From IMG/VR virus record IMGVR_UViG_3300047550_002841, positions 869 to 64,868 of that record: a DNA stretch of 64,000 bases. One strand, written 5' to 3'. Shown piece after piece: positions 29,424-38,232 of the stretch (positions are counted from its first letter, which is position 1; the number at the start of each line of letters is the position of its first letter). The notes under the pieces were generated by a model. It ran no database searches and was not told the origin of the DNA. It was given only the letters and a program-made list of their open reading frames with translations. The stretch is from a virus. Its lineage: Duplodnaviria; Caudoviricetes. Both the position numbers and the translations under genes were made by a program.

Positions 29424-31655
29424 TTATTCTGGTACAGTAGCTTGTTCAGTTGGTTGTGCTTCTGCTGCCATTTCTTCAGATGGGGCAGCAGGTGCCTCTT
29501 CTACGGTAGGTTCTTCGTTTGCTTGAGCTGGCATGTTCTTCGCCATGTTACCAGCAACTTGCAACTCAGCTCTATAGTTGTTACCGTCTTGAGCCATTTG
29601 TGCTTGTTCCTTCTGCATGGCCATTTGTGCTTCCATCTGAGCAGCTTGCATCATCTGAGCTCTTTGTGCTTCTAGCTTACGCTCACGATCTTTTTTGTCC
29701 ATGGCATATTCAAGTTCTTTTAACAACTCAGTGTAGGTTTTTGCAGTTTCGATACGGATATAATCACGCATATCAATCATTTGATTCTGCATGGCCGCCT
29801 GTGCAATAGCCAATAGACGCTCACGAGCTGCTTCGTCAACGAAATCTTTGATCTTAATGTATACGCCAAAATCTTCAAACTGAAACTCTTCGGTCAATTC
29901 CAAGTATTCAATGCCTCGGTTATCAACCAAGCCAATGGTATCTGTTTCCAAATCCATTAACGAAATCTTGTATTGATTCAAAGAGTACTGTAGATCCTTT
30001 TCCAAAAATTGAATGAAGCCTTGATATAGGTAAGCGGTTCCCAAGTTAGATTGAGCAATTGTACCTGCCTGTGTCTTAGCCCCCAAGTAGCCAGCCTGTT
30101 GACCCATTGCGACCTTTGGTACGTTGACGATTTCTTCCATGATACGCTCTTCCTCACGTTTCAAAGCAATGATTTGTTGTACGTTAGGATCCAATGTCAT
30201 ATCAACAACTTCTACAACTTTATTGTAATCTGCGTTGTTGAAGTCTTCACCTGTCATGTTGCCATCGGTGATGTGAATCCCCATTCTTTGGAAATCGTTT
30301 AACACATCCTGTGCTGTAGCAGATCCCAATTTATGTTTATTTAAAATGAAGACTTTGCCTTTAGCACGGTCTGTCATTTTGGTAATCTCATGGTTAAGGT
30401 AATCGATTCGATCTTGGTGTTTATGCAAACGAGATGCGATAGATCGAGTTTCACCCATCACCATATTTGGCAAAAAGATTTGAATTGGCAACTGAACATC
30501 AGTAGGATCATCTGTTCTACGAACAATGTTATTTGCTTCTCCGTAATCAACTACATATTTATTGGCAATCAAGGTTCCTTTGTAGATTGTCTTTATAAAG
30601 TATTTTGAATTGGTACGTGTTCTCATTTTGGCAAAGTGTTCGTTGCCATATTGATCTTTCACTTGTTCGTATCTCAATTCTTTGTAGCCAACCCAATAAC
30701 CCGTAACGCATGCCATCTTTGGGACACCGCTATAGTTATACCACCAACGCAATTTGTTTGAGGTTATGTATTCCTCTCCCAACATTTTATCCATGGTCTG
30801 GGTATTTACTGTTTTGATTTCGTCAATCTCTTGGGGTGTCAGATGCTGAATAAATTCAGGCTTAGCAAGAATTTCACCGGGAGTAAGCCAATCAATCTTA
30901 CCGCAGTAGTGTGCTCTATTATTAAAGTCATCATCTACTGAGTTATCCCAGATCAAGTTATAAGGTAGAATGATTTCTTTAAACTGCCGTCCGTTCTTAA
31001 TTGAGTTCTCGATACCACAAACGCCACCCAACAATAGATACAAGAATGCTTGTTTGTATTTTTCAATAAACTTGTTTCTATGTAGAATATCTTCAGCAAG
31101 TCTTTGAGCGACAACTTCAGAATACTCCTTGTAGTCGTACATCATGAACTTCCGAAGATCCTCAGGCATTTCAAACTCATCCATGCCAGTAGGAGTAAAC
31201 TCAACTCCCTTCTGTGACATGATATCAAAAATCTCTTGGTACTTGATCTTCAGCATTCCAAGAGCCAGTATTTCATTCTTTTTAGAGACTAGGGCTTCAG
31301 ATGTAGCACGAACAGATGGTTCAATGTTTTCAATCATCTTAATCGCATTGCCAATCATAAAGTCAATCATTGAGGTCAACTTCTGTCCATTAATCCATAC
31401 ACTAGGCAGATCGCAGTTGTCTTCGTCTTTAGTCTTGTAGTAATAGTCTCGGTTTTCTTGTTTGCCAAGGTAGTAAGTGAACATGCGGAGCATTTCATCT
31501 ACAGGCTTTTCAAAAGTTGCTGTGCTTTGATACCCCAACATATTCTGCTGCGTATTGTATTTTTCTGCAACATACCGCAGCGAATCCATATACCACTTTA
31601 CATCTTTCTGTATCTCTGGTATAAACTGATTGGGTTGATCTCTTAAAGCAATCAT
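29424..31655 (-). CDS. Portal protein
   Basis: 743 aa; Q/M/A-rich C-terminal barrel helix and acidic tail; first gene of the head operon. Confidence 0.85.
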   Translation of the reverse strand: MIALRDQPNQFIPEIQKDVKWYMDSLRYVAEKYNTQQNMLGYQSTATFEKPVDEMLRMFTYYLGKQENRDYYYKTKDEDNCDLPSVWINGQKLTSMIDFMIGNAIKMIENIEPSVRATSEALVSKKNEILALGMLKIKYQEIFDIMSQKGVEFTPTGMDEFEMPEDLRKFMMYDYKEYSEVVAQRLAEDILHRNKFIEKYKQAFLYLLLGGVCGIENSIKNGRQFKEIILPYNLIWDNSVDDDFNNRAHYCGKIDWLTPGEILAKPEFIQHLTPQEIDEIKTVNTQTMDKMLGEEYITSNKLRWWYNYSGVPKMACVTGYWVGYKELRYEQVKDQYGNEHFAKMRTRTNSKYFIKTIYKGTLIANKYVVDYGEANNIVRRTDDPTDVQLPIQIFLPNMVMGETRSIASRLHKHQDRIDYLNHEITKMTDRAKGKVFILNKHKLGSATAQDVLNDFQRMGIHITDGNMTGEDFNNADYNKVVEVVDMTLDPNVQQIIALKREEERIMEEIVNVPKVAMGQQAGYLGAKTQAGTIAQSNLGTAYLYQGFIQFLEKDLQYSLNQYKISLMDLETDTIGLVDNRGIEYLELTEEFQFEDFGVYIKIKDFVDEAARERLLAIAQAAMQNQMIDMRDYIRIETAKTYTELLKELEYAMDKKDRERKLEAQRAQMMQAAQMEAQMAMQKEQAQMAQDGNNYRAELQVAGNMAKNMPAQANEEPTVEEAPAAPSEEMAAEAQPTEQATVPE

Positions 31656-31661
31656 TTATTA

Positions 31662-31679
31662 CAAATTTACACAAATATA
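31662..31679 (-). promoter_or_regulatory. Tandem TAnnTTTG promoter elements upstream of the portal
   Basis: Minus strand TATATTTG-TG-TAAATTTG-TAATAA-ATG. Confidence 0.65.
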
Positions 31680-31744
31680 GAAAAGTAAAACAAGATTTCT
31701 CTTATTTTACTATTAGAGTACTAGTATAACATATTTGCTTGGTA

Positions 31745-31989
31745 CAGGACCAATGAGTGAGTTATCCCTTAAAAGGGTTATCACATTGGTCATACTGTGA
31801 CTTGCTCGTACACAGTCCCAATATCAATGAGGCATGCAAGCTCATTAACTTGGAATCAACTGTCGAAGGTTGCATCCTCCGTCCGGTCCTGCGACTCATT
31901 CCTTAGTGCCATCGCTGTGCTGTGCCGGAATCCCATGGTAGCACACTACCCTAAACCGCCACCGTGTTCTCACCGACCGATTTAGGGGG
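31745..31989 (-). ncRNA. Candidate structured non-coding RNA (~245 nt)
   Basis: GC-richer intergenic stretch directly after a TAAATTTG promoter; at least four hairpins; no convincing ORF. Confidence 0.5.
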
Positions 31990-31992
31990 ATA

Positions 31993-32000
31993 CAAATTTA
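31993..32000 (-). promoter_or_regulatory. Bacteroidota sigma-A -7 element (TAAATTTG) upstream of the ncRNA candidate
   Basis: Matches the TAnnTTTG consensus. Confidence 0.6.
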
Positions 32001-32017
32001 TACTACTTTTCGAGAAA

Positions 32018-32437
32018 TCAAAACGTACTCAACAAATTTTTTGAAGAAAGATATTCCATATCGTGAAACATCATATCCCACGGGCTCACATTAAAAGTAA
32101 AAGCCAATACGATTGTAGTATGCAAGATGTTTTCATCGATGTAGTAATCTTCTGACACCAGCAGTTGACTCTTGAACATATAGTTATCTTGTCCAGTTTT
32201 GCGTTTGACTTCTTCGTATAGCTTTGCGAAATTCATATTCCGCTCACGCATGATATACTTGATGTTCTTGGTAATGTTCTTGATGATGTGATTTACTTTT
32301 AATTCTTTCTGCTGAAAGAAGTACGTTTTGATTAGATCCTTGACTTTGATGTCTTCAATTACTTGTGAGTGTCCTTCTTGTTTGATCGCAATTATTTCCT
32401 GATCAATTTCATCCATGGTTAGTTTTTTTCTTGGCAT
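32018..32437 (-). CDS. Putative XRE/Cro-C1-like HTH protein
   Basis: KNIKYIMRERNMNFAKL...IVLAFTFNVSPWDMM resembles an XRE HTH; divergent from the recombination operon. Confidence 0.45.
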   Translation of the reverse strand: MPRKKLTMDEIDQEIIAIKQEGHSQVIEDIKVKDLIKTYFFQQKELKVNHIIKNITKNIKYIMRERNMNFAKLYEEVKRKTGQDNYMFKSQLLVSEDYYIDENILHTTIVLAFTFNVSPWDMMFHDMEYLSSKNLLSTF

Positions 32438-32442
32438 TTTTA

Positions 32443-32450
32443 TATATTTG
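32443..32450 (+). promoter_or_regulatory. TAnnTTTG promoter element for the SSB/recombination operon
   Basis: TATATTTG about 50 nt upstream of the ATG at 32501. Confidence 0.55.
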
Positions 32451-32500
32451 TGTTAACGTCTCTCGGACACAAAAATAGGAAACCTTTATTACTTATATAT

Positions 32501-33166
32501 ATGGCACTCGGAAACAACTCGTCCTCAATTTACTTGGACTTAAGAAACGGTAAAGTTTATCGTTACAGCAAAACAAACGAACCCGGCACAACAGCAATTC
32601 AAACTGCAAAGGGCGAAACACGGTACTTCTACATCTACGATTTTGTAGAGGGGCATGTCACAAACTTCTCAACTCGACAGGAGGACATTCAAGGAAAACT
32701 TAAACTGAAGTTTCAGATCCATTTGAAAGATGGCAATGATGACTACATAGTTAAGATGGATGTAGACTCATCTTACTTCAGAATGTTCTGCAGCGTAATC
32801 CCCAACATTGATTGGAATTTCCCTGTAAGATTAATACCACGGATCAAGGAAGAGCAAGGCGTAAAGAAGTCCTCTTTAATTACAGTAAACAATGGTAAGC
32901 CATGTAAGTTTGCTTTCACCAGAGAGAATCCTAACGGCAAGCCGGAAGTAACCTTTACTAAAAACAAAAAGGGTGAAGTAATTGACATTGATCGTGAGGA
33001 GGAGCAACAGTTCTTCTTCAACTTGATTGCAGATGCCAAAACCAAATTGGTACATCCAGCTGTGGCACAACCTGCTCCTACAAGTGACCGTGTTGCAACA
33101 AACGTAAAGCCTGCTCAAAACTTTTCAGAGGATGAAGCCTTTGAAGATGATGACTTACCATTTTAA
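32501..33166 (+). CDS. Single-stranded DNA-binding-like protein
   Basis: Likely start MALGNN at 32501; beta-rich body, flexible linker and acidic C-terminus EDDDLPF. Confidence 0.65.
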   Translation: MALGNNSSSIYLDLRNGKVYRYSKTNEPGTTAIQTAKGETRYFYIYDFVEGHVTNFSTRQEDIQGKLKLKFQIHLKDGNDDYIVKMDVDSSYFRMFCSVIPNIDWNFPVRLIPRIKEEQGVKKSSLITVNNGKPCKFAFTRENPNGKPEVTFTKNKKGEVIDIDREEEQQFFFNLIADAKTKLVHPAVAQPAPTSDRVATNVKPAQNFSEDEAFEDDDLPF

Positions 33167-33175
33167 TATTATTGA

Positions 33176-33514
33176 ATGAAAAGCTCATCAAAGATTGCTA
33201 ACCCCATGTTAGCAGAAGCCATCAGCAATACCATTGTCAAACCATCTAAACGCCCTCGTATTAAAAAGGATGAGGCTGCTCCTGAAAATGAAGTAGCCTC
33301 CCTCCCCGGGGGAGAAGCTCTACAGAAAGTAGAGAAGAAGGTTTTTGATCATATACAACATCATTACGACAAGGATGCTAAGATCCAGAAGCAATCGTGC
33401 ATGAAAGCCGCAGCTTCCGTTTATAATCCACCTTTTGGCGAGGAACCAGAAATCATAGCCAACAAGGTAATTCAAATCGCAGAAAAACTATACCAATGGG
33501 TGAACTCAAACTAA
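33176..33514 (+). CDS. Hypothetical protein (recombination module)
   Basis: 112-aa ORF with C-terminal KQSCMKAA...AEKLYQWV. Confidence 0.5.
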   Translation: MKSSSKIANPMLAEAISNTIVKPSKRPRIKKDEAAPENEVASLPGGEALQKVEKKVFDHIQHHYDKDAKIQKQSCMKAAASVYNPPFGEEPEIIANKVIQIAEKLYQWVNSN

Positions 33515-34497
33515 TCAACATCGACAAAGAAACCAACTATGACGAATGGCTAGCATTTCGTCAAAATGGTCTCGGGGCTTCAGACATAGGCACACTTATG
33601 GGTCTGAACCCCTACAAATCTAAAATTGAACTATTCTACCAAAAGGTAGGAGTCATACCCATCAAACAAGATGAAAACATTCCCATGTTCTATGGCAATC
33701 GTCTAGAAGACTTTGTAGCCAATATGTGGGAGTATTTCGATGGAGAAGATCCCGAATCTGTAATCACCAACTACAACGCAGGAAATAAACTAAAACACTG
33801 CAAACCAGTAACAGGTTACATCGTCAATAGCGACTATCCCAATTTGTTCCTTTCTCCAGACCGCATCATCGTAAACAAAGAAACTGATAAACTAGTTTAC
33901 GGTGGTCGCCTAATTGAAAAAAATTTCAAGGGCGTTCTAGAAGTTAAAACCATTAACGGTTTCGCATCCAAACAATGGGACGGTGGTATACCCCCATCCT
34001 ACGTTACTCAACTCCAAACCTACCTCTTCGGTCTGAATCTTACCTACGGTGAAATTGTTCTCTTTGAAGATGGTCGTAAACTCTCCTCCATCCACATGGA
34101 TCTTAACCCTACACTCAAACAACAAATCCTTGAAGCAATGGAAGACTTCTGGGAACGTGTAGATGCCGCTAAAGCTGATCCCGAAAACATTCAACTCTAT
34201 GAACCTGAACCCGATGGTACAGAAGCATTTGAAAAGTTCCTCAACGACAAATACGCAAACTCAGAAATTAAAACCCTACAAGGTACTCCCGAACTTCTAC
34301 AAATAGCTGTCACCCACAAAGTAATCGCAGCCGAAATAAAAGAACTAGAAGCCAAAAGTCGTGAATGCTCTAACCTCCTTAAAAATACCCTCAAAGAACA
34401 TGAAGCACTAGACTTCGGTCAAAGCGGTAAAGTAATATGGCGTACAGACTCTAGAGGCATTAGATCACTCCGTAATAACATTATTATCAATGAATAA
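33496..34497 (+). CDS. YqaJ/lambda-exonuclease-like 5'-3' exonuclease
   Basis: EWLAFRQNGLGASD, GNRLE, SPDR, LEVKT, YVTQLQTY motifs. Confidence 0.9.
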   Translation: MGELKLINIDKETNYDEWLAFRQNGLGASDIGTLMGLNPYKSKIELFYQKVGVIPIKQDENIPMFYGNRLEDFVANMWEYFDGEDPESVITNYNAGNKLKHCKPVTGYIVNSDYPNLFLSPDRIIVNKETDKLVYGGRLIEKNFKGVLEVKTINGFASKQWDGGIPPSYVTQLQTYLFGLNLTYGEIVLFEDGRKLSSIHMDLNPTLKQQILEAMEDFWERVDAAKADPENIQLYEPEPDGTEAFEKFLNDKYANSEIKTLQGTPELLQIAVTHKVIAAEIKELEAKSRECSNLLKNTLKEHEALDFGQSGKVIWRTDSRGIRSLRNNIIINE

Positions 34498-34714
34498 CAA
34501 AAATGTTCCCCCTGTAGTCCGTAGAATACTATCCAATAGAGACGAAATACTCTACCACCTGTCTCGTGAAAATCGTACAATAGAACAAGAATATAACCTC
34601 GTCCTTAACAAACAATCTAAACTGCCTAAACGTCTACGTGACTTTATTATCCAATACTACGAAGTTCAATCAACTCAACTGCCAAATGAAACTGACTCCC
34701 CTATCCCCCAGTGA
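34490..34714 (+). CDS. Hypothetical protein
   Basis: 74-aa ORF overlapping both neighbours. Confidence 0.5.
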   Translation: MNNKNVPPVVRRILSNRDEILYHLSRENRTIEQEYNLVLNKQSKLPKRLRDFIIQYYEVQSTQLPNETDSPIPQ

Positions 34715-35237
34715 AAAATCCTTCCTAGATCAAATTAGATCCTACTTCCAAGACTCTATCGGTGAAATACCTTGGGAAAAAGACTACATAATCCTACGCC
34801 TTACCCAAAAATCATCCAAAGACTTCTCCGATATCATCTACATCCCCACCCTACAGCCTGACCCAAACGAATACTACTACCAGACATTTAAATGTAACTC
34901 CTTTAAACACGACCAAACCAAAATTATTACAGGCTCTTTCACCTACCGCCTAGCATCTAGGTTCAACTGCGTCTACGCACAACAAATATGCCCGGTGTTC
35001 TACGAAAATACACTCTCCCACTCTATCCTCTCTGATCACTATCAACCCAAACTGAACGGTCTAAACATCCTATTTCACCCAATACACTCCATTCTGCCCA
35101 TTATGAGCCCCATTTCAGCATCCTCCAAAGGCTCAATCATCGTAGAACCCAAAGCTTACCCCACTATCAAAGAACACTACCGCAAAGGACAAACAGAAAT
35201 TAAACTCTTCGTTGTCGATATGCACCTTTTACTCTGA
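34686..35237 (+). CDS. Degenerate YkuD-like lysin paralog (catalytic Cys replaced by Ser)
   Basis: Likely start MKLTPL; colinear motif similarity to 846-1433 (see findings). Confidence 0.45.
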   Translation: MKLTPLSPSEKSFLDQIRSYFQDSIGEIPWEKDYIILRLTQKSSKDFSDIIYIPTLQPDPNEYYYQTFKCNSFKHDQTKIITGSFTYRLASRFNCVYAQQICPVFYENTLSHSILSDHYQPKLNGLNILFHPIHSILPIMSPISASSKGSIIVEPKAYPTIKEHYRKGQTEIKLFVVDMHLLL

Positions 35238-35324
35238 TTTTGCGTTTTGTCTAACTTTTGAAAGTCTCAACCCGGGAAATCGGCAGACAAAAGTTAAACA
35301 AAACACCATTTTACCCCCAAATAC

Positions 35325-35358
35325 AAGGCCCAGTACTACCCTATACCGGGCCTTTTTT
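35325..35358 (+). terminator. Rho-independent terminator ending the recombination operon
   Basis: AAGGCCC...GGGCCTT stem followed by a T-run. Confidence 0.65.
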
Positions 35359-35701
35359 ATATCCCCCCCCCACCCTAAATCAAAAAATACAAGTTTGTGT
35401 GAGCGGTGGAGGTTATACGTAAAAAAAATCAGAGCAATACGCCAAAAAAAACATCCCCTCCCTTTCGTGCCTACGCCCATACGCAAAACAGCGTGTTTGT
35501 CTTGCGGATGGTTTCGGTCGCGAATTAAAAATCAAACTGACCTTTGGTCAACCTAGGTTTTAAAATGCGTAACCAACATTTGTTGGTGTCGGACTGAGGC
35601 AATTTCAGTGGCTTTAAAGGGTTTCAACCTTAAGGTTGGCTTGCCTTAAATAAAAAGTTTGTGTCTCTCTTCAAATCAAACCCTTGGTTTGCCTCAGAAA
35701 A

Positions 35702-35728
35702 AGTGTCCAATTTTGAGTGTCCAATTTT
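35702..35728 (+). repeat. Tandem direct repeat AGTGTCCAATTTT x2
   Basis: Copies at 35702-35714 and 35716-35728. Confidence 0.9.
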
Positions 35729-36040
35729 CTATACGAAGTATAGGTTTATATATTTAACAGAGTTTCAAACTCTTAAGAGTTTGGTAGGACCTTAAAGAGA
35801 TAGTTGAAGAGCCTCGTGCCGGGGTGTGCAAGCGTGACTTTGGCGTGTAGAACTGTGGATCAAAGTGACGAGGCTGGATGTATGCTTGAGGATGTATGTT
35901 TGGATGCTTGATGGTGTGTGTATGACGCAAGATTAAACGAAGTTTAGATGAATTGTGGACAACTAATTTTATCCTTTAGGATAAGAGGTGTGGATAAGGT
36001 GGTTTGGTGAACTGAGGGAGGGAAGCCCTAATTACTTTGG

Positions 36041-36106
36041 GTTTTTATAGAGTTATTTACTCACCCTTTTTAGGGTGAGGTAAGTAAATAACTCTTATAT
36101 AAAAAC
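36041..36106. repeat. 66-bp imperfect inverted repeat (hairpin 1)
   Basis: GTTTTTATA-GAGTTATTTAC-TCACCCT-TTTT-AGGGTGA-ggtaa-GTAAATAACTC-...TATAAAAAC. Confidence 0.85.
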
Positions 36107-36119
36107 ACAAAGTAAAATT

Positions 36120-37058
36120 ATGAAAACTGCAAAAAACACCAAGACAATGCAAAGCATCACTGCCAACATCACTGAGTCAATGAAACAGAGTTTCGTTGAA
36201 AGTAGCAAGACAATGAGTAAGGATGAAATCCTTAGCCATTTGAGTTCATTCGCTAACCGTAAGGTTAAGAAAGCGTGGTTAACAAAGCGGATTAACGACA
36301 GAGTCGTTTACCTTACATTCTTAAAGCAAGCATCAACCGAAGGTTGGAAGCACTTTTATGGTCAGCCTATTCATCAGAAGTTTGTAGAACTTCAGATGTC
36401 TACTCTTCAATCTATGATTGATGTTCGTTTAAAACTTTCTCCTGAAGGAGAACGAGAGGCACTGTATGAGACTTATGTAAGTCCTTTAACTAAAGTTCAA
36501 CCAAAGGTTGTTCAGAAGCCCCAAGCCAAAGTTCAACCGAAGGTTGTCAAGGAAGTTCCTCAGCCAAAGGTTGCCAAGGTAGTCAAGATTACCAAGCCAC
36601 AACCGAAGGTTGTTGAGCAAGACGAAATGACAAGAGTCATTGATCTTCTTTCAGAAGTGACCAAGCAAGTTACAACTTGTCTCAACAAGTTGGTTGAACA
36701 CAGCAATGCAATTGCTGAATTGCAAAAGGTTGTCAACCAACCGAAGGTTGTAGAGAAGCCTAAGGCAGTTAAACAACCAAAGGTTGTAGCCAAGGGACCG
36801 AAGTTGACTGAGTTGCTTAGCAAAGACAAGCCAACCAAACAACCAAAGGTTGCCAAGGCTGAGCCAACAACTCCTAAAGGAGTCAAGGCTAAGAAACAAC
36901 CAAAGGTTGGTCCTGCAGTAAGCCTCATGACGGCTTTTTGGAATGCTGCTCAGCCAAAGCAAGACAAGAAATCTAAGATTTCTCACGAAGATGCTTTCCA
37001 ACATCGTTCCGATGTAGAAAAAGGTCAGTACAAGAAGTTTCGCATGGAGGTTTTTTAA
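36120..37058 (+). CDS. Basic early protein with QPKV repeats
   Basis: 312 aa, Lys-rich; QPKV repeats encoded by the palindrome CAACCRAAGGTTG. Confidence 0.7.
   Translation: MKTAKNTKTMQSITANITESMKQSFVESSKTMSKDEILSHLSSFANRKVKKAWLTKRINDRVVYLTFLKQASTEGWKHFYGQPIHQKFVELQMSTLQSMIDVRLKLSPEGEREALYETYVSPLTKVQPKVVQKPQAKVQPKVVKEVPQPKVAKVVKITKPQPKVVEQDEMTRVIDLLSEVTKQVTTCLNKLVEHSNAIAELQKVVNQPKVVEKPKAVKQPKVVAKGPKLTELLSKDKPTKQPKVAKAEPTTPKGVKAKKQPKVGPAVSLMTAFWNAAQPKQDKKSKISHEDAFQHRSDVEKGQYKKFRMEVF
36334..36909. repeat. Dispersed 13-bp palindromic repeats CAACC-RAA-GGTTG
   Basis: Copies at 36334, 36498, 36534, 36600, 36738, 36774, 36840 and 36897; variant at 36561; another copy at 37677. Confidence 0.9.
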
Positions 37059-37070
37059 CCTCCATGTTTT
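37043..37070 (+). terminator. Rho-independent terminator
   Basis: CATGGAGGTT-TTTT-AACCTCCATG-TTTT. Confidence 0.7.
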
Positions 37071-37108
37071 ACAAAAGTTTCACCAATTAACCATTCAAAG
37101 AAAAAATC

Positions 37109-37207
37109 ATGCAGTTATTAAAAGAAATCACCATCGGAATCGCTTTGCTTTCCCTAATTGCCTACGGCATCTATTGGATGCTTGACATCAAAAATCTTAA
37201 AAACTAA
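37109..37207 (+). CDS. Small membrane protein (32 aa)
   Basis: MQLLKEITIGIALLSLIAYGIYWMLDIKNLKN; A-rich leader; below the ORF-track cutoff. Confidence 0.55.
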   Translation: MQLLKEITIGIALLSLIAYGIYWMLDIKNLKN

Positions 37208-37211
37208 ATCT

Positions 37212-37379
37212 ATGAAAAAAGACTCACAAACCATCGTCCTCCTTCTATTTGCATTGGCTTTCTACACAAACGCAGTTTGGTCTGCCTTTTCTAATGACTT
37301 GCCTGCTCTCGTAATCAGTGGCATTATGTGCCTACTATTCGCTGGGATTGCAACCTTTTCAGTTCTCAAAAATAATTAA
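37212..37379 (+). CDS. Small two-TM membrane protein
   Basis: Likely start MKKDSQ; two hydrophobic helices. Confidence 0.6.
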   Translation: MKKDSQTIVLLLFALAFYTNAVWSAFSNDLPALVISGIMCLLFAGIATFSVLKNN

Positions 37380-37388
37380 TCTACGATT

Positions 37389-37880
37389 ATGGAAAACAAT
37401 ATGCTAAACAACTTTCAACAAATTGACAAAGTCAAACTCTACAATGTAGAAACTTACATTCATGGTGATCAACTAGAAGTTGAAACCTTTGTCAAAGAAT
37501 TGAACACTCTTGCCAAACAAACAAAGTTTGAATACGAACTGACCGAAGCAGTCCCATCGTTAGATGGCGAGGAAATTGACCCTAATCAATCTGTCTATCT
37601 TGTGTATGGTATAGTCACAGAAAAAGATATCAAAGACTTGAACTTGCATTTGGACTTTCTCATCAGCGACTACCAACAACCAAAGGTTGAATTCATTCCT
37701 ATTGCTGAAGACTTTTGTCTTATGATTGACGGCAAATCCGATGGCTATGTTTATCATTATACAACTATAGTTGATATGATAAATGACGGCTTTACTTGGA
37801 AATCTAATGAAAAGTTCAAGAGGATGACTCGCATGAATCACGATGAGTTGCAACACTTCCTCAACAACCGAAAATACTAA
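37389..37880 (+). CDS. Hypothetical early protein
   Basis: 163-aa acidic ORF in the gene run. Confidence 0.6.
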   Translation: MENNMLNNFQQIDKVKLYNVETYIHGDQLEVETFVKELNTLAKQTKFEYELTEAVPSLDGEEIDPNQSVYLVYGIVTEKDIKDLNLHLDFLISDYQQPKVEFIPIAEDFCLMIDGKSDGYVYHYTTIVDMINDGFTWKSNEKFKRMTRMNHDELQHFLNNRKY

Positions 37881-37888
37881 TGTTCTTT

Positions 37889-37953
37889 ACTCTCTCTTCT
37901 TTTGTATATACCCTGAGTTCTTACGAAGGGTTATACAAAAGATTAGAGAGAGT
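37889..37953. repeat. 65-bp imperfect inverted repeat (hairpin 2)
   Basis: ACTCTCTCT-TCTTTTGTATA-t-ACCCT-[GAGTTCTTACGA]-AGGGT-TATACAAAAGA-tt-AGAGAGAGT. Confidence 0.85.
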
Positions 37954-38013
37954 TAATAAGGCTCTGAGACCCCAACCAAAACCACAAACCAAACCACACA
38001 TCAAAGAAAAATC

Positions 38014-38220
38014 ATGTCTACCAACTTCGTTTACCTCGTATTTCAAGTAATGCCATTTGACGACTATCGCCATGAATTTGAAGGTGCTTTCAGCACTAAA
38101 GAATTGGCTGAAAACTACAAGCAATATCTTATTGCTTTAGAGACAGAAAAAGACTCTCAAACCGACCCTAATGACTTTTATGTAACTCAAGTTACACTTG
38201 ACAGAACCAAATCACACTAA
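38014..38220 (+). CDS. Hypothetical early protein
   Basis: 68 aa; VYLV...GAFSTKELAE motif common in small phage proteins. Confidence 0.6.
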   Translation: MSTNFVYLVFQVMPFDDYRHEFEGAFSTKELAENYKQYLIALETEKDSQTDPNDFYVTQVTLDRTKSH

Positions 38221-38232
38221 TCACAGAAAAAT

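Larger units (their letters stand above)
35360..36110. other. Large non-coding control region (candidate replication origin or genome terminus)
   Basis: No credible ORF; many short palindromes, direct repeats and DnaA-box-like 9-mers; strand composition switches from C-rich to G-rich. Confidence 0.55.

Noticed and set aside
524-31646. Numerous plus-strand ORFs of 60-130 aa opposite the structural genes (and equivalent antisense ORFs elsewhere)
   Set aside because: Shadow frames of long, well-supported genes on the other strand.
31797-31985. 62-aa plus-strand ORF, or a tRNA, in the portal upstream region
   Set aside because: GTG start without context, opposite to the local promoter; no cloverleaf or T-loop consensus seen. 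The hairpins fit an ncRNA better.
35212-35556. ORFs 35212-35556 (+) and 35229-35486 (-)
   Set aside because: They span a terminator and homopolymer runs, lack motifs and have atypical composition; probably non-coding.
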